From Campylobacterota bacterium (GTDB lineage Bacteria; Campylobacterota; Campylobacteria; Campylobacterales; Arcobacteraceae): a stretch of 24,090 nucleotides of DNA. The notes under the pieces are model-generated. The model had not been told where the DNA came from. It ran no database searches and was given only the letters and a program-made list of their open reading frames with translations. Of this stretch, positions 1 through 8,391 are shown piece by piece. Positions within the stretch are counted from its first letter, which is position 1, and each line of letters opens with the position of its first letter. A program made the position numbers and the translations under genes. The stretch lies in the NCBI GenBank assembly GCA_051746405.1, contig JBNJFB010000036.1, forward strand, positions 1 through 24,090, written 5' to 3'.

Positions 1-717
1 TAGGTTTTGCATTGAACTTTTCATTGATAGGGCATTTTGTTCTAATGTTTGTCCATTTTTTAAGTTTGTTTTTGCATTTGTTGCTAGGCTTTGTCCTAAA
101 ATATTAATACTTTTCATAACTGATAACATCTCATCTTTTATATCAGTTGAAATATTAATTTTTTCTTTATAATCATCTTTTGCATATGCATTTGTAATAA
201 CTTTTATATCGTGCATTTGTACTTCTAAAACATCAAGCATTTGATTTAAAGATTTTCTTAAAGCATTAATCATAAAGTTAGTAGATTTAGATTTTACTCT
301 ACATTTAAATATCCCTTGCTCTACTTTATTAAGTGTTAATATGATTTCACCTAAAACTTTCATATCCTCTTGTCTCATCGATGTAAATTTTTCATAATAC
401 TCATTCATCTCTTTTAAAATCATACCTATTTCATCATTTTTTATATGATTTGCTTTTTCAACTTTATTTGTACGCATAAAAGTAAAATCTATAATCTCTT
501 CTAAATACTTTTTAAATCTAAAAATACCACCAACAATTCTGTTTTTTGCTGCATAGGTAGTGTATGCAGTTATTAATATGAAAATTAAGTTAATTGCTAC
601 AATTGCTATTAAATCACTTGCAGTTAATATTGCAACTATACTTATTGCACCAAATCCAACTTGTGTAATAAGCATATTTATTAAAAGTTTTTTGTCTGTA
701 TTGATATTTTCAAACAT
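1..717 (-). CDS. Methyl-accepting chemotaxis protein, N-terminal part (runs off the left edge; not in the ORF track)
   Basis: Manual translation from ATG at 717 is open to position 1: MFENINTDKKLLINMLITQVGFGAISIVAILTASDLIAIVAINLIFILITAYTTY...NDEIGMILKEMN...LNKVEQGIFKCRV...AYAKDDYKEKI...SINILGQSL...NGQTLEQNALSMKSSMQNL. It has two adjacent hydrophobic helices, HAMP-like segments and the start of a methylation helix. AAGGG lies upstream. The signalling domain is outside the window. Confidence 0.8.
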   Translation of the reverse strand, partial: MFENINTDKKLLINMLITQVGFGAISIVAILTASDLIAIVAINLIFILITAYTTYAAKNRIVGGIFRFKKYLEEIIDFTFMRTNKVEKANHIKNDEIGMILKEMNEYYEKFTSMRQEDMKVLGEIILTLNKVEQGIFKCRVKSKSTNFMINALRKSLNQMLDVLEVQMHDIKVITNAYAKDDYKEKINISTDIKDEMLSVMKSINILGQSLATNAKTNLKNGQTLEQNALSMKSSMQNL

Positions 718-763
718 TAGCTTAGCCCTTTTTTAGTCATTAAATATAATTATAGTTAAGTTT

Positions 764-772
764 TGATAAAAT
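764..772 (+). promoter_or_regulatory. Putative extended -10 promoter (TGaTAAAAT) for the 57-aa gene
   Basis: TG-n-TAAAAT at 764-772, 6 nt before ATG 779. Matches the Campylobacterota sigma70 gnTAnAAT pattern. Confidence 0.5.
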
Positions 773-778
773 GACAAA

Positions 779-952
779 ATGAAAATGAGAATAATATGTC
801 AAAAGTGTGTTTACTATTATGTTACATGGGAGAAGCAAAACCCTCATGGGTGTAAAGCTTATGGCTTTAAATCAAAGCTTATACCCTCAAGAGTTGTGAA
901 AAACTCAAGTGGACATGATTGTAATTTTTATGTACAAAAAAATATGAAATAA
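779..952 (+). CDS. Small four-cysteine protein (57 aa), probably metal/Fe-S binding; not in the ORF track
   Basis: MKMRIICQKCVYYYVTWEKQNPHGCKAYGFKSKLIPSRVVKNSSGHDCNFYVQKNMK. Pattern CxxC-x5-TW...GC..YGFKS...P...V...SG..C.F. From memory this resembles a widespread small family often auto-labelled 'uracil-DNA glycosylase', but it is too short to be that enzyme. Alternative start at ATG 785. Confidence 0.8.
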   Translation: MKMRIICQKCVYYYVTWEKQNPHGCKAYGFKSKLIPSRVVKNSSGHDCNFYVQKNMK

Positions 953-1019
953 TTGTTTATAACTTAAAAAGTATATATTAACCCCTGTAAAACGATAAAA
1001 CAGATATTCATCATTTTTT

Positions 1020-1052
1020 TGATAAAATAAAACCATATTGTAAATACAGGAG
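1020..1052 (+). promoter_or_regulatory. Putative extended -10 (TGaTAAAAT, 1020-1028) and RBS (AGGAG, 1048-1052) of the dUTPase gene
   Basis: Both motifs read directly. The RBS is 7 nt before the TTG start at 1060. Confidence 0.55.
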
Positions 1053-1059
1053 AAAAGTA

Positions 1060-1986
1060 TTGTTATATAAAGACTTTAAAGATAGCATAAAATCATTAGG
1101 TTTTAGTTCTATTGAAGATTTTGTGCACTATGTTGGTGTAACTTCATCAGATGTACTAGTGTGGGAAGAAAAAGATGAAGTACCTTATACAGTGTCACTT
1201 ATTATACATTTATTAAAAGGTGAACAGCAACTTCCAAATAATAAAACATTAGATAACTTAGTTGAAGAGTGTTTACCCCTTGCGCAACTATTAGAAGAGG
1301 CCTCTTCTTTTCCACATAAATTAGAAGAGATGTTTATCTTACAAAAACAGTTAAATGACTCAACTAATGGTAAAAACTGGGAACTTGGTATAAATAAATT
1401 TAAAAAAGAGATAAACTGGCTTAGATGTATTCACATGGAAGTTGCTGAGTTAATAGACTCAACTCCGTGGAAACATTGGAAAAATATTAATTCAAAGCCT
1501 GATATGAATAACTTACATGTGGAGTTAGTGGATATTTGGCATTTTTTAATGTCATATATACTTCAAGAAACAAATATACCAAAAGCAGTATCACTTGTAA
1601 ATACCCACTGTATTTATGAATCTTCAGAGGATATTGATATAAAATCAGTTGTAAAAGAGGCTGAAAAGCTATCTTATATAGCCTTAGCAATAGAAACAAA
1701 CAATATGCCATCATTTAGTGGTGTTGAAAGATTTATTGATCAGTTTTTTAGATGTTGTAAAGTATCTGGATTATCTTTTACTTGGCTACAAAAACTATAT
1801 ATAGGTAAAAACTGTTTAAATAAATTTAGACAAGATAATGGCTATAAGGAAGGACACTATATAAAACAATGGAATGGTAAAGAGGATAATGTAATGATGA
1901 TAGCTTTACTAGAACAAATAGATGATGTTAATTTTGATGATTTATATAGTAAACTTAAAAATGAATACTCAAAAGTAAATAGCTAA
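1060..1986 (+). CDS. dut: Dimeric (all-alpha, dUTPase_2 family) dUTP diphosphatase with an ~85-aa N-terminal extension
   Basis: From about residue 86 it resembles the Campylobacter-type dimeric dUTPase: LQKQLND, EVAELIDSTPWKHWK, ELVDIWHF, KNCLNKFRQDNGY, WNGKEDN. TTG start with AGGAG RBS. Confidence 0.9.
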   Translation: MLYKDFKDSIKSLGFSSIEDFVHYVGVTSSDVLVWEEKDEVPYTVSLIIHLLKGEQQLPNNKTLDNLVEECLPLAQLLEEASSFPHKLEEMFILQKQLNDSTNGKNWELGINKFKKEINWLRCIHMEVAELIDSTPWKHWKNINSKPDMNNLHVELVDIWHFLMSYILQETNIPKAVSLVNTHCIYESSEDIDIKSVVKEAEKLSYIALAIETNNMPSFSGVERFIDQFFRCCKVSGLSFTWLQKLYIGKNCLNKFRQDNGYKEGHYIKQWNGKEDNVMMIALLEQIDDVNFDDLYSKLKNEYSKVNS

Positions 1987-1997
1987 AAGAAAATCTT

Positions 1998-2498
1998 TTA
2001 GCTATACTCATTTTTATAATCCACATAATGACCTGCATGTTTTATTAAACCATCAACATCTTCTTGTGTTAGCTCTTTTACAACTTTTGCAGGACTTCCC
2101 ATAATCAAACTTCTAGGGGGAAACTTTTTACCTGAGGTTACTAATGAATTTGCTCCAACGATTGAACCCTCACCAATAACAGCATCATCTAAAATAGTTG
2201 CACTCATTCCAATTAAACAGTTATCTTCAATTTTGCAACCATGTAGCATTACTTTGTGACCAATTGTAACGTTATCACCAATAATTGTTTGTGTATGAAC
2301 ATCTGTATGAATCATTGATAAGTCTTGAATATTAGAGTTTTTACCAATTCTTACTTTGTTTACATCTGATCGTATAACACATTGAAACCAAACTGAAGAG
2401 TTTTCACCAATTACAACATCACCTATAATATCTGCAGTGGGTGCAACCCACGCAGTTGAATCTATTTTTGGATAATACTCTTTAAATTTTAAAATCAT
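1998..2498 (-). CDS. Gamma carbonic anhydrase family / hexapeptide-repeat protein (YrdA-like)
   Basis: IIGDVVIGENSSVW, IRSD, NIQD...IH, IGH..MLHGC (three His ligands), GSPAKVVKEL. Confidence 0.92.
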   Translation of the reverse strand: MILKFKEYYPKIDSTAWVAPTADIIGDVVIGENSSVWFQCVIRSDVNKVRIGKNSNIQDLSMIHTDVHTQTIIGDNVTIGHKVMLHGCKIEDNCLIGMSATILDDAVIGEGSIVGANSLVTSGKKFPPRSLIMGSPAKVVKELTQEDVDGLIKHAGHYVDYKNEYS

Positions 2499-2509
2499 CT
2501 ATGTATCTC

Positions 2510-3748
2510 CTATTTTTTTCGAGTTTGACCTGCAATCATAAGTCTTAAAGCATTTAATCTAATAAACCCTTGGGCATCTTTTTGATTATAAACTTCATCT
2601 TCTTCAAACGTTGAGTGAGCTTCTGAGAATAGAGATTTTTCAGACTCTCTTCCCACTACTATTACATTACCTTTATAAAGTTTTAATTTAACACTACCGC
2701 AAACATCTTTTTGAGTTGCATCAATAGCAGCTTGCATCATCTCTCTTTCAGGAGAGTACCAGTAGCCATTGTAGATAAGTTTTGCATATTTAGGCATTAA
2801 TTCATCTTTTAAGTGAGCTGCTTCTCTATCTAATGTTATTGATTCAATAGCTCTATGAGCTTTTAGCATAATAGTTCCACCTGGAGTTTCATAACAACCT
2901 CTTGCTTTCATACCCACATATCTATTCTCAACAATATCTATTCTTCCAATACCGTGCTTCTTACCATATGTATTTAGTGTTTCTAAGATAGTTGCAGGTG
3001 ACATTTTCTCATCATTTATTGAAACTGGATCACCATTTTCATACCCAATAGTAATATACTCAGGCTCATCAGGTGCATTTTCAGGTGATACAGACCATAA
3101 CCACATAGACTCCTCAGGCTCTGTTGCTGGGTTTTCTAACGCTAAACCTTCATATGATATATGTAATAGATTTGCATCCATAGAGTATGGACTCACAGCT
3201 GGATTTCCATCCTTATCAACATGTTTTTTATCTATATTTATTCCATGCTCTTTAGCATAAGCTAGAAGTTTCTCCCTTGAGTTTAAGTCCCACTCTCTCC
3301 ATGGTGCAATTACAGTAATATCTGGATTTAAACTTAAATAACCAAGTTCAAATCTAACTTGATCATTACCTTTTCCTGTTGCCCCATGGGAAACTGCATC
3401 TGCACCACATTTGTTAGCTATTTCAATCTGTTTTTTTGAGATTAACGGTCTTGCAATTGAAGTACCAAGTAAATACTCACCCTCATAGATTGCATTTGCT
3501 CTAAACATTGGGAAAACATAATCTTTTACAAACTCTTCTTTAATATCTAAGATAAAAACATTTTCAGGTTTAATTCCCATATCTAAAGCTTTTTGTCTTG
3601 CAGGTTCAACCTCTTCACCTTGACCCACATCAGCTGTGAATGTTATAACCTCTGCATTATATTCATCTTGTAGCCACTTTAAAATAATAGAAGTATCTAA
3701 ACCTCCACTATAAGCTAATACTACTTTCTTTACATTTTTTTTACTCAT
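2510..3748 (-). CDS. argG: Argininosuccinate synthase
   Basis: [49 protein letters not shown]. Confidence 0.98.
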   Translation of the reverse strand: MSKKNVKKVVLAYSGGLDTSIILKWLQDEYNAEVITFTADVGQGEEVEPARQKALDMGIKPENVFILDIKEEFVKDYVFPMFRANAIYEGEYLLGTSIARPLISKKQIEIANKCGADAVSHGATGKGNDQVRFELGYLSLNPDITVIAPWREWDLNSREKLLAYAKEHGINIDKKHVDKDGNPAVSPYSMDANLLHISYEGLALENPATEPEESMWLWSVSPENAPDEPEYITIGYENGDPVSINDEKMSPATILETLNTYGKKHGIGRIDIVENRYVGMKARGCYETPGGTIMLKAHRAIESITLDREAAHLKDELMPKYAKLIYNGYWYSPEREMMQAAIDATQKDVCGSVKLKLYKGNVIVVGRESEKSLFSEAHSTFEEDEVYNQKDAQGFIRLNALRLMIAGQTRKK

Positions 3749-3845
3749 ATAGTTTATCCTATGGTTATTAGAATTTTAAAGTAATATAATATCAAAATTA
3801 ATACTATAAACAGGTTAAACAAATTTATTTTTATAAAACTTTAGA

Positions 3846-3851
3846 TATAAT
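3846..3851 (+). promoter_or_regulatory. Putative -10 box (TATAAT) of the S4-trpD-tsaE-lptB operon
   Basis: Perfect TATAAT 7 nt upstream of ATG 3859, with T-rich tracts upstream. Confidence 0.5.
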
Positions 3852-3858
3852 CAATACT

Positions 3859-4110
3859 ATGAGATGTGATAAATTTTTAAATGCAGTTAATATAACAAAA
3901 AGAAGAGCAGTTGCTGAAGATATGTGTGACCATAAAGTAGTACATATCAATGGTCAAGTAGCAAAAAAATCAAAAGAAGTTAAAATTGGTGACACAATAG
4001 AGATAAGGTATTTGCAAAAAAGTGACTTTTTTAAAATCTTACAAATACCAACAACTAAATCAACACCAAAATCCAAAATGTCAGAGTATGTTAAAAAAGT
4101 TGAGGAATAA
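3859..4110 (+). CDS. S4-domain RNA-binding protein (Hsp15/RqcP-like)
   Basis: MRCDKFL...KRRAVAEDMC...V.INGQVAKKSKEVKIGDTIEI is a standard stand-alone S4 signature. Confidence 0.9.
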   Translation: MRCDKFLNAVNITKRRAVAEDMCDHKVVHINGQVAKKSKEVKIGDTIEIRYLQKSDFFKILQIPTTKSTPKSKMSEYVKKVEE

Positions 4111-4114
4111 ATAG

Positions 4115-5098
4115 ATGTTTAATACAGCAAAACTAAAATTTGATGATATTTTTGAAAATAGGCTACCCCATGAAGAGGTTAGAGACTATTTAATAGAGAT
4201 ATATGAAAGAGGTGAAACAGCACAAGAAATAGCAAGTGCAGCTAGTGCTATGAGAGAGCATTTAATACCTCTTCCATTACCTTATGATATAAAATCAAAA
4301 GCAATTGATGTAGTAGGAACAGGCGGTGATAAATCTAATTCTTTTAATATCTCATCTACTGTTTCAATAATACTTGCAGCTTGTGATAGTATCGTAGCAA
4401 AACATGGCAATAAAAGTATTACTAGCAAAAGTGGCAGTGCTGATATGTTAGAAGCTTTGGGAATAAATCTAAATCTATCCATTGAAAATTCAGCCAAAAT
4501 GTTAGAAGATACAAATTTTTGCTTTATGTTTGCACAAAACCATCACCCAGCAATGAAGCATATAATGCCTATTAGAAAATCAATACCCCATAGAACTATT
4601 TTTAATATTTTAGGTCCATTATCAAATCCAGCAACAGTATCAAAACAGTTAATCGGTGTATTTGATAAAACATTTTTAAATAAAATCGCATCAGCACTTG
4701 AGTTATTAGAAACAAAAAGATCAATTGTAATGTCTTCAAGAGATGGTATGGATGAAGTATCTATTTCTGATATTACCTATGCTACTTCACTTATAAATGG
4801 TAAAATTGAAGATTTTGAAATTAATCCTGAACATTATGGGTTTAAATTAAGTCCAAAAGAGTCAATTGTAGGCGGTGTTGCTAAAGAGAATGCACAAATT
4901 ACATATGATATTTTAGATAATAAAACAAAAGATGCTAAGTTAGATATTGTACTTTTAAATACTGCACTTGCTTTAATAGTTGACAAGAAAGCAAGGGATA
5001 TGCAAGATGGTATTGAAATTGCCAAAGAGGCCATCAAAACAAATAAAGCAAAAGAGAAACTAAAACAGATTATTGAAGTATCAAATAGGCTAAAATAG
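4115..5098 (+). CDS. trpD: Anthranilate phosphoribosyltransferase
   Basis: DVVGTGGD, FNISS, VAKHGNKSITSKSGSADMLEALG, HHPAM, RTIFNILGPLSNP, GMDE. Confidence 0.96.
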   Translation: MFNTAKLKFDDIFENRLPHEEVRDYLIEIYERGETAQEIASAASAMREHLIPLPLPYDIKSKAIDVVGTGGDKSNSFNISSTVSIILAACDSIVAKHGNKSITSKSGSADMLEALGINLNLSIENSAKMLEDTNFCFMFAQNHHPAMKHIMPIRKSIPHRTIFNILGPLSNPATVSKQLIGVFDKTFLNKIASALELLETKRSIVMSSRDGMDEVSISDITYATSLINGKIEDFEINPEHYGFKLSPKESIVGGVAKENAQITYDILDNKTKDAKLDIVLLNTALALIVDKKARDMQDGIEIAKEAIKTNKAKEKLKQIIEVSNRLK

Positions 5099-5106
5099 GT
5101 AGTGGT

Positions 5107-5526
5107 ATGTTAAAAAAAGAGTATGAACTAAACTTACAAAACTTAGATACAATTGTAAATGATTTAATTGAATTTACAAAAGATAAAGAGTGTATAGTTA
5201 TTTTAAGAGGTGATTTAGCAAGTGGTAAAACTACACTTGTAAAAAAGTTTGTAAAAAATATAGGTTTTGATGATAAAGTAACTTCTCCAACATTCTCTTT
5301 ACAATCAATCTATAGTGACAAAATATATCACTATGACGTTTATAATAAAACTTTAGAAGAGTTTATTTCATTGGGAATGTTAGAAGAGTTTGAAAATGAA
5401 GGGATTCACTTTATAGAGTGGGGTGATAATAAACTTCAGAAGATTTTGGAAGATTATGGGTATGAGGTTATAGTAATAAATATTGAAAAACTAGAAGATA
5501 AAAGGGTTTACAAGATTGAATCATAA
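5107..5526 (+). CDS. tsaE: tRNA t6A37 biosynthesis ATPase
   Basis: LRGDLASGKTT, VTSPTFSL, HYDVY, IEWG. Confidence 0.95.
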   Translation: MLKKEYELNLQNLDTIVNDLIEFTKDKECIVILRGDLASGKTTLVKKFVKNIGFDDKVTSPTFSLQSIYSDKIYHYDVYNKTLEEFISLGMLEEFENEGIHFIEWGDNKLQKILEDYGYEVIVINIEKLEDKRVYKIES

Positions 5527-6241
5527 ACTACAAATCAAAGATATTAAAAAAAGAATAAAAAAAACAGAGATTTTACATGGTATCTCTTTAGAGGTTAAAT
5601 CAGGAGAAATTATAGGATTATTAGGTCCAAATGGTGCGGGTAAAACTACAACTTTTTATACTGTTTGTGGTTTAGTAAAACCATCCCATGGAAATGTATA
5701 TTTTGATGATAAAGAGATTACAAATCTTCCTTTACACAAAAGAGCTTTAAAAGGAATAGGTTACTTACCCCAGGAATCATCTATTTTCAAAGACTTATCT
5801 GTTGAAGATAATCTCATGCTTGCAGCCCAAATTGTAACTAATGATAAAGAAGAACAGCATAAAAGAGTTGAAGAGTTATTAGAGATTTTTAATATTGAAC
5901 CAATTAGACAAAGAAAAGGTGTATCCCTTTCAGGTGGTGAGAGAAGAAGAACAGAAATTGCAAGGGCTTTAGTCTCACATCCTAAATTTCTTTTATTAGA
6001 TGAACCTTTTGCAGGAGTTGACCCAATAGCAGTTAAAGATATTCAAGATATTATAAAACAGTTAACAAAAATAAATATAGGTGTTTTAATAACAGATCAT
6101 AATGTAAGAGAAACTTTACAAATATGCCATAGAGCCTATGTGATGAAAGCAGGATCACTACTAGCAAGTGGAACAAGTGCCCAAATAAAAAATAGCAGTG
6201 AAGTTAGGGAACACTACTTAGGTGAAGGCTTTAACTTTTAA
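5516..6241 (+). CDS. lptB: LPS export ABC transporter ATP-binding protein
   Basis: GLLGPNGAGKTT, GYLPQESSIF, LSGGERRRTEIARAL, LLDEPFAGVDPI, ITDHNVRETL, YLGEGF. TTG start overlaps the end of tsaE. Confidence 0.96.
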   Translation: MNHKLQIKDIKKRIKKTEILHGISLEVKSGEIIGLLGPNGAGKTTTFYTVCGLVKPSHGNVYFDDKEITNLPLHKRALKGIGYLPQESSIFKDLSVEDNLMLAAQIVTNDKEEQHKRVEELLEIFNIEPIRQRKGVSLSGGERRRTEIARALVSHPKFLLLDEPFAGVDPIAVKDIQDIIKQLTKINIGVLITDHNVRETLQICHRAYVMKAGSLLASGTSAQIKNSSEVREHYLGEGFNF

Positions 6242-6270
6242 TAAGTAGGTTTTTAATTAAACCTACTTAT
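6241..6270. terminator. Probable bidirectional intrinsic terminator between convergent lptB and the outer-membrane protein gene
   Basis: Perfect 12-bp inverted repeat ATAAGTAGGTTT / AAACCTACTTAT with a 6-nt loop. Confidence 0.8.
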
Positions 6271-6275
6271 AACTA

Positions 6276-7016
6276 CTAAAATTTATAATTAAACCCTAAG
6301 AATGCACCTTTAAACTCTAACTCACCATCAAAGTCATCCACATCCACATCTAGTTTTTTAGCTTTATAACCTAATCTCCATTTTGCATTATCTAGAAGTA
6401 AACATTGAATGTTTAGCCCTGCGTATGCTTCTGTATAGCTACCTTCACTTCCTACACTAATTCCTGCAAATTTTGCTTCAACTCCAACTTTTTCATTAAA
6501 CGCATAGTTTCCATCTAATACTAATGTTGGTAATGGAATAACTTCATCAAAATAGCTTGAGGTATTACCAGCTGTTTCTTCTAAGCCAATATTTGTATCA
6601 AGTATATTTAAATCTAAACCAGCATTTAAATATGTATTACCATTATTTATAACACTATATCTATATCCTAATCTATACCAGTCAATCTCCATTGTACTTT
6701 TTATATTTGTAGTTGCAGTATATGTTTCATCATCAAACTCGATATCTTGTGTTAATGTATTTGCACCACTAAAATCCAATGACTCATAATCAAAATCAAA
6801 GGTATGATTTCCCGAGTTAAAATAAACTCTTGGCTTTATAGTTGTTATTTTATCATCTAAACCTAAGATATTCTCATCTACTTTAGTAGCAGTTGCGTTA
6901 GAACCATATTGGAAATCTGCTTTTAAGTTTGACTGACTAGCACCTACTTCAACCCCAAAGTTTGATGCAGATAAAACTGATGCTGTAAAAATTGATAGTA
7001 ATATAGTTTTTTTCAT
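6276..7016 (-). CDS. Outer-membrane beta-barrel protein (resembles TIGR04219 family)
   Basis: Sec signal peptide MKKTILLSIFTASVLSA, alternating amphipathic strands, C-terminal ...FLGFNYKF BAM signature. AGGAGAG RBS and minus-strand TATAAT at 7045-7050. The family name is from memory. Confidence 0.8.
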   Translation of the reverse strand: MKKTILLSIFTASVLSASNFGVEVGASQSNLKADFQYGSNATATKVDENILGLDDKITTIKPRVYFNSGNHTFDFDYESLDFSGANTLTQDIEFDDETYTATTNIKSTMEIDWYRLGYRYSVINNGNTYLNAGLDLNILDTNIGLEETAGNTSSYFDEVIPLPTLVLDGNYAFNEKVGVEAKFAGISVGSEGSYTEAYAGLNIQCLLLDNAKWRLGYKAKKLDVDVDDFDGELEFKGAFLGFNYKF

Positions 7017-7062
7017 AAATTCTCTCCTGTTTTATTTTTTTATTATTATAGTATAATTTAAA

Positions 7063-8391
7063 TTAAAGAGCTACAACTTTATTTCTTCCTTGGTTTTTTG
7101 CTTGATACAAGGCTTTATCTGCTCTTCTTAGAAGTCTATTTTGGTCATCATCTAACTTAAGAGTTGAAACTCCAAAACTAGAAGTTATTTGTACATCTTT
7201 TGAACTAACTTTTTTGTTCTCTATAGCTTTTCTAACTTTATTTGCTACTTTTTGAGCTCCCATTGAGTCAGTTTCAGGAAGAAGTATCAAAAACTCTTCT
7301 CCTCCCCATCTAACAACAAAATCATGCTCTCTAACACTAGCTAATACTATTTGAGTAATATCTTTTAGAACCTCATCTCCTACTTGATGCCCGTATTCAT
7401 CATTTACATCTTTAAATCTATCTAAGTCAAAGATTATCAAAGATAAATCATTATCATATCTAAAACCTCTTCTTATCTCTTTTTCAAATATCTCATTGAA
7501 TTTATTTCTGTTATTTAACCCTGTTAATGAATCATGTGTAGCTTGATACTCTAAAAGATTTGATTTCTCTTTTAGTTCTGTTATATCTGTCAATGATATT
7601 ACAAAATAGTTATCTTTTAAATCATAGTTATCAACATTTACAGTAAATACTCTCTCTTGCTCTTTTGAGTTAGGCTTTATTTTAACAACTCTATCTATTT
7701 CAGGTAGATTTTTTATATACTCAATCCAACACTTTTGTTTACTTAATAGACTTTTTGTAATAAACCCATACTCCTCTTTAAAAAGTTCATAAATATTATC
7801 AATCTTATTTGAAAACTCCTCTAGAGTATTAACTTCAAAAAACTCCAAAAACCTTTTATTTACATTTGTAATAGTCTCTTTATTTGTTAAAATTACAATA
7901 TTATCTTGAGCATCTAGTATAGATTTTACTTTTTTTATCTCTTGCTCAACTCTTGTCTCTAAAGAGATATTTAGTTGTTCTAACTCTTTCTTTAATAAAA
8001 TAGGTTCAATAGCTTTTATCATACTCTCAACTAATTGATATAAATCTATAGGTTTCATAGCATAAGTATTAACACCCACATCTATTGCTCTTTTTAAGAA
8101 GTTTGGATCATTATGAGCACTTGTGATAACTATTGGTATGTCTTTATTATGTTCTCTTATTTTTGAACACATTTCAAGTCCATCCATCTTTGGCATGTTT
8201 ATATCTGTTACTACTAAGTCGATTTTGTCTTGATGCTCTTCAAATATATTTAAACCCTCTAAACCATTTTGTGCATCATATACATTTTTCACAAGTGAAC
8301 CTAGAAGTTTTGCTGTAAATTGTCTTACATCATTTTCATCTTCAACATACAAAACAGAGATGTTTCTTAAAATTTCTTTATTCATTGTCAT
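7063..8391 (-). CDS. Response-regulator diguanylate cyclase (REC-PAS-like-GGDEF)
   Basis: REC: YVEDE, VTDINMPKMDG, SAH, KP. GGDEF: DSLTGLNNR, DLDRFKDVNDEYGHQVGD, REHD I-site, RWGGEEF, ADKALYQAKNQGRN. True start is probably ATG 8385 given AGGGG spacing. Confidence 0.93.
   Translation of the reverse strand: MTMNKEILRNISVLYVEDENDVRQFTAKLLGSLVKNVYDAQNGLEGLNIFEEHQDKIDLVVTDINMPKMDGLEMCSKIREHNKDIPIVITSAHNDPNFLKRAIDVGVNTYAMKPIDLYQLVESMIKAIEPILLKKELEQLNISLETRVEQEIKKVKSILDAQDNIVILTNKETITNVNKRFLEFFEVNTLEEFSNKIDNIYELFKEEYGFITKSLLSKQKCWIEYIKNLPEIDRVVKIKPNSKEQERVFTVNVDNYDLKDNYFVISLTDITELKEKSNLLEYQATHDSLTGLNNRNKFNEIFEKEIRRGFRYDNDLSLIIFDLDRFKDVNDEYGHQVGDEVLKDITQIVLASVREHDFVVRWGGEEFLILLPETDSMGAQKVANKVRKAIENKKVSSKDVQITSSFGVSTLKLDDDQNRLLRRADKALYQAKNQGRNKVVAL

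Noticed and set aside
779..952. Calling the microprotein a uracil-DNA glycosylase
   Set aside because: 57 aa is far too short and no UDG catalytic motifs are present.
1487..1714. 75-aa minus-strand ORF
   Set aside because: Antisense shadow inside dut, no motif.
4282..4497. 71-aa minus-strand ORF
   Set aside because: Antisense shadow of trpD.
4834..5037. 67-aa minus-strand ORF
   Set aside because: Antisense shadow of trpD.
8133..8318. 61-aa plus-strand ORF
   Set aside because: Antisense to the DGC receiver domain; composition typical of a shadow frame.
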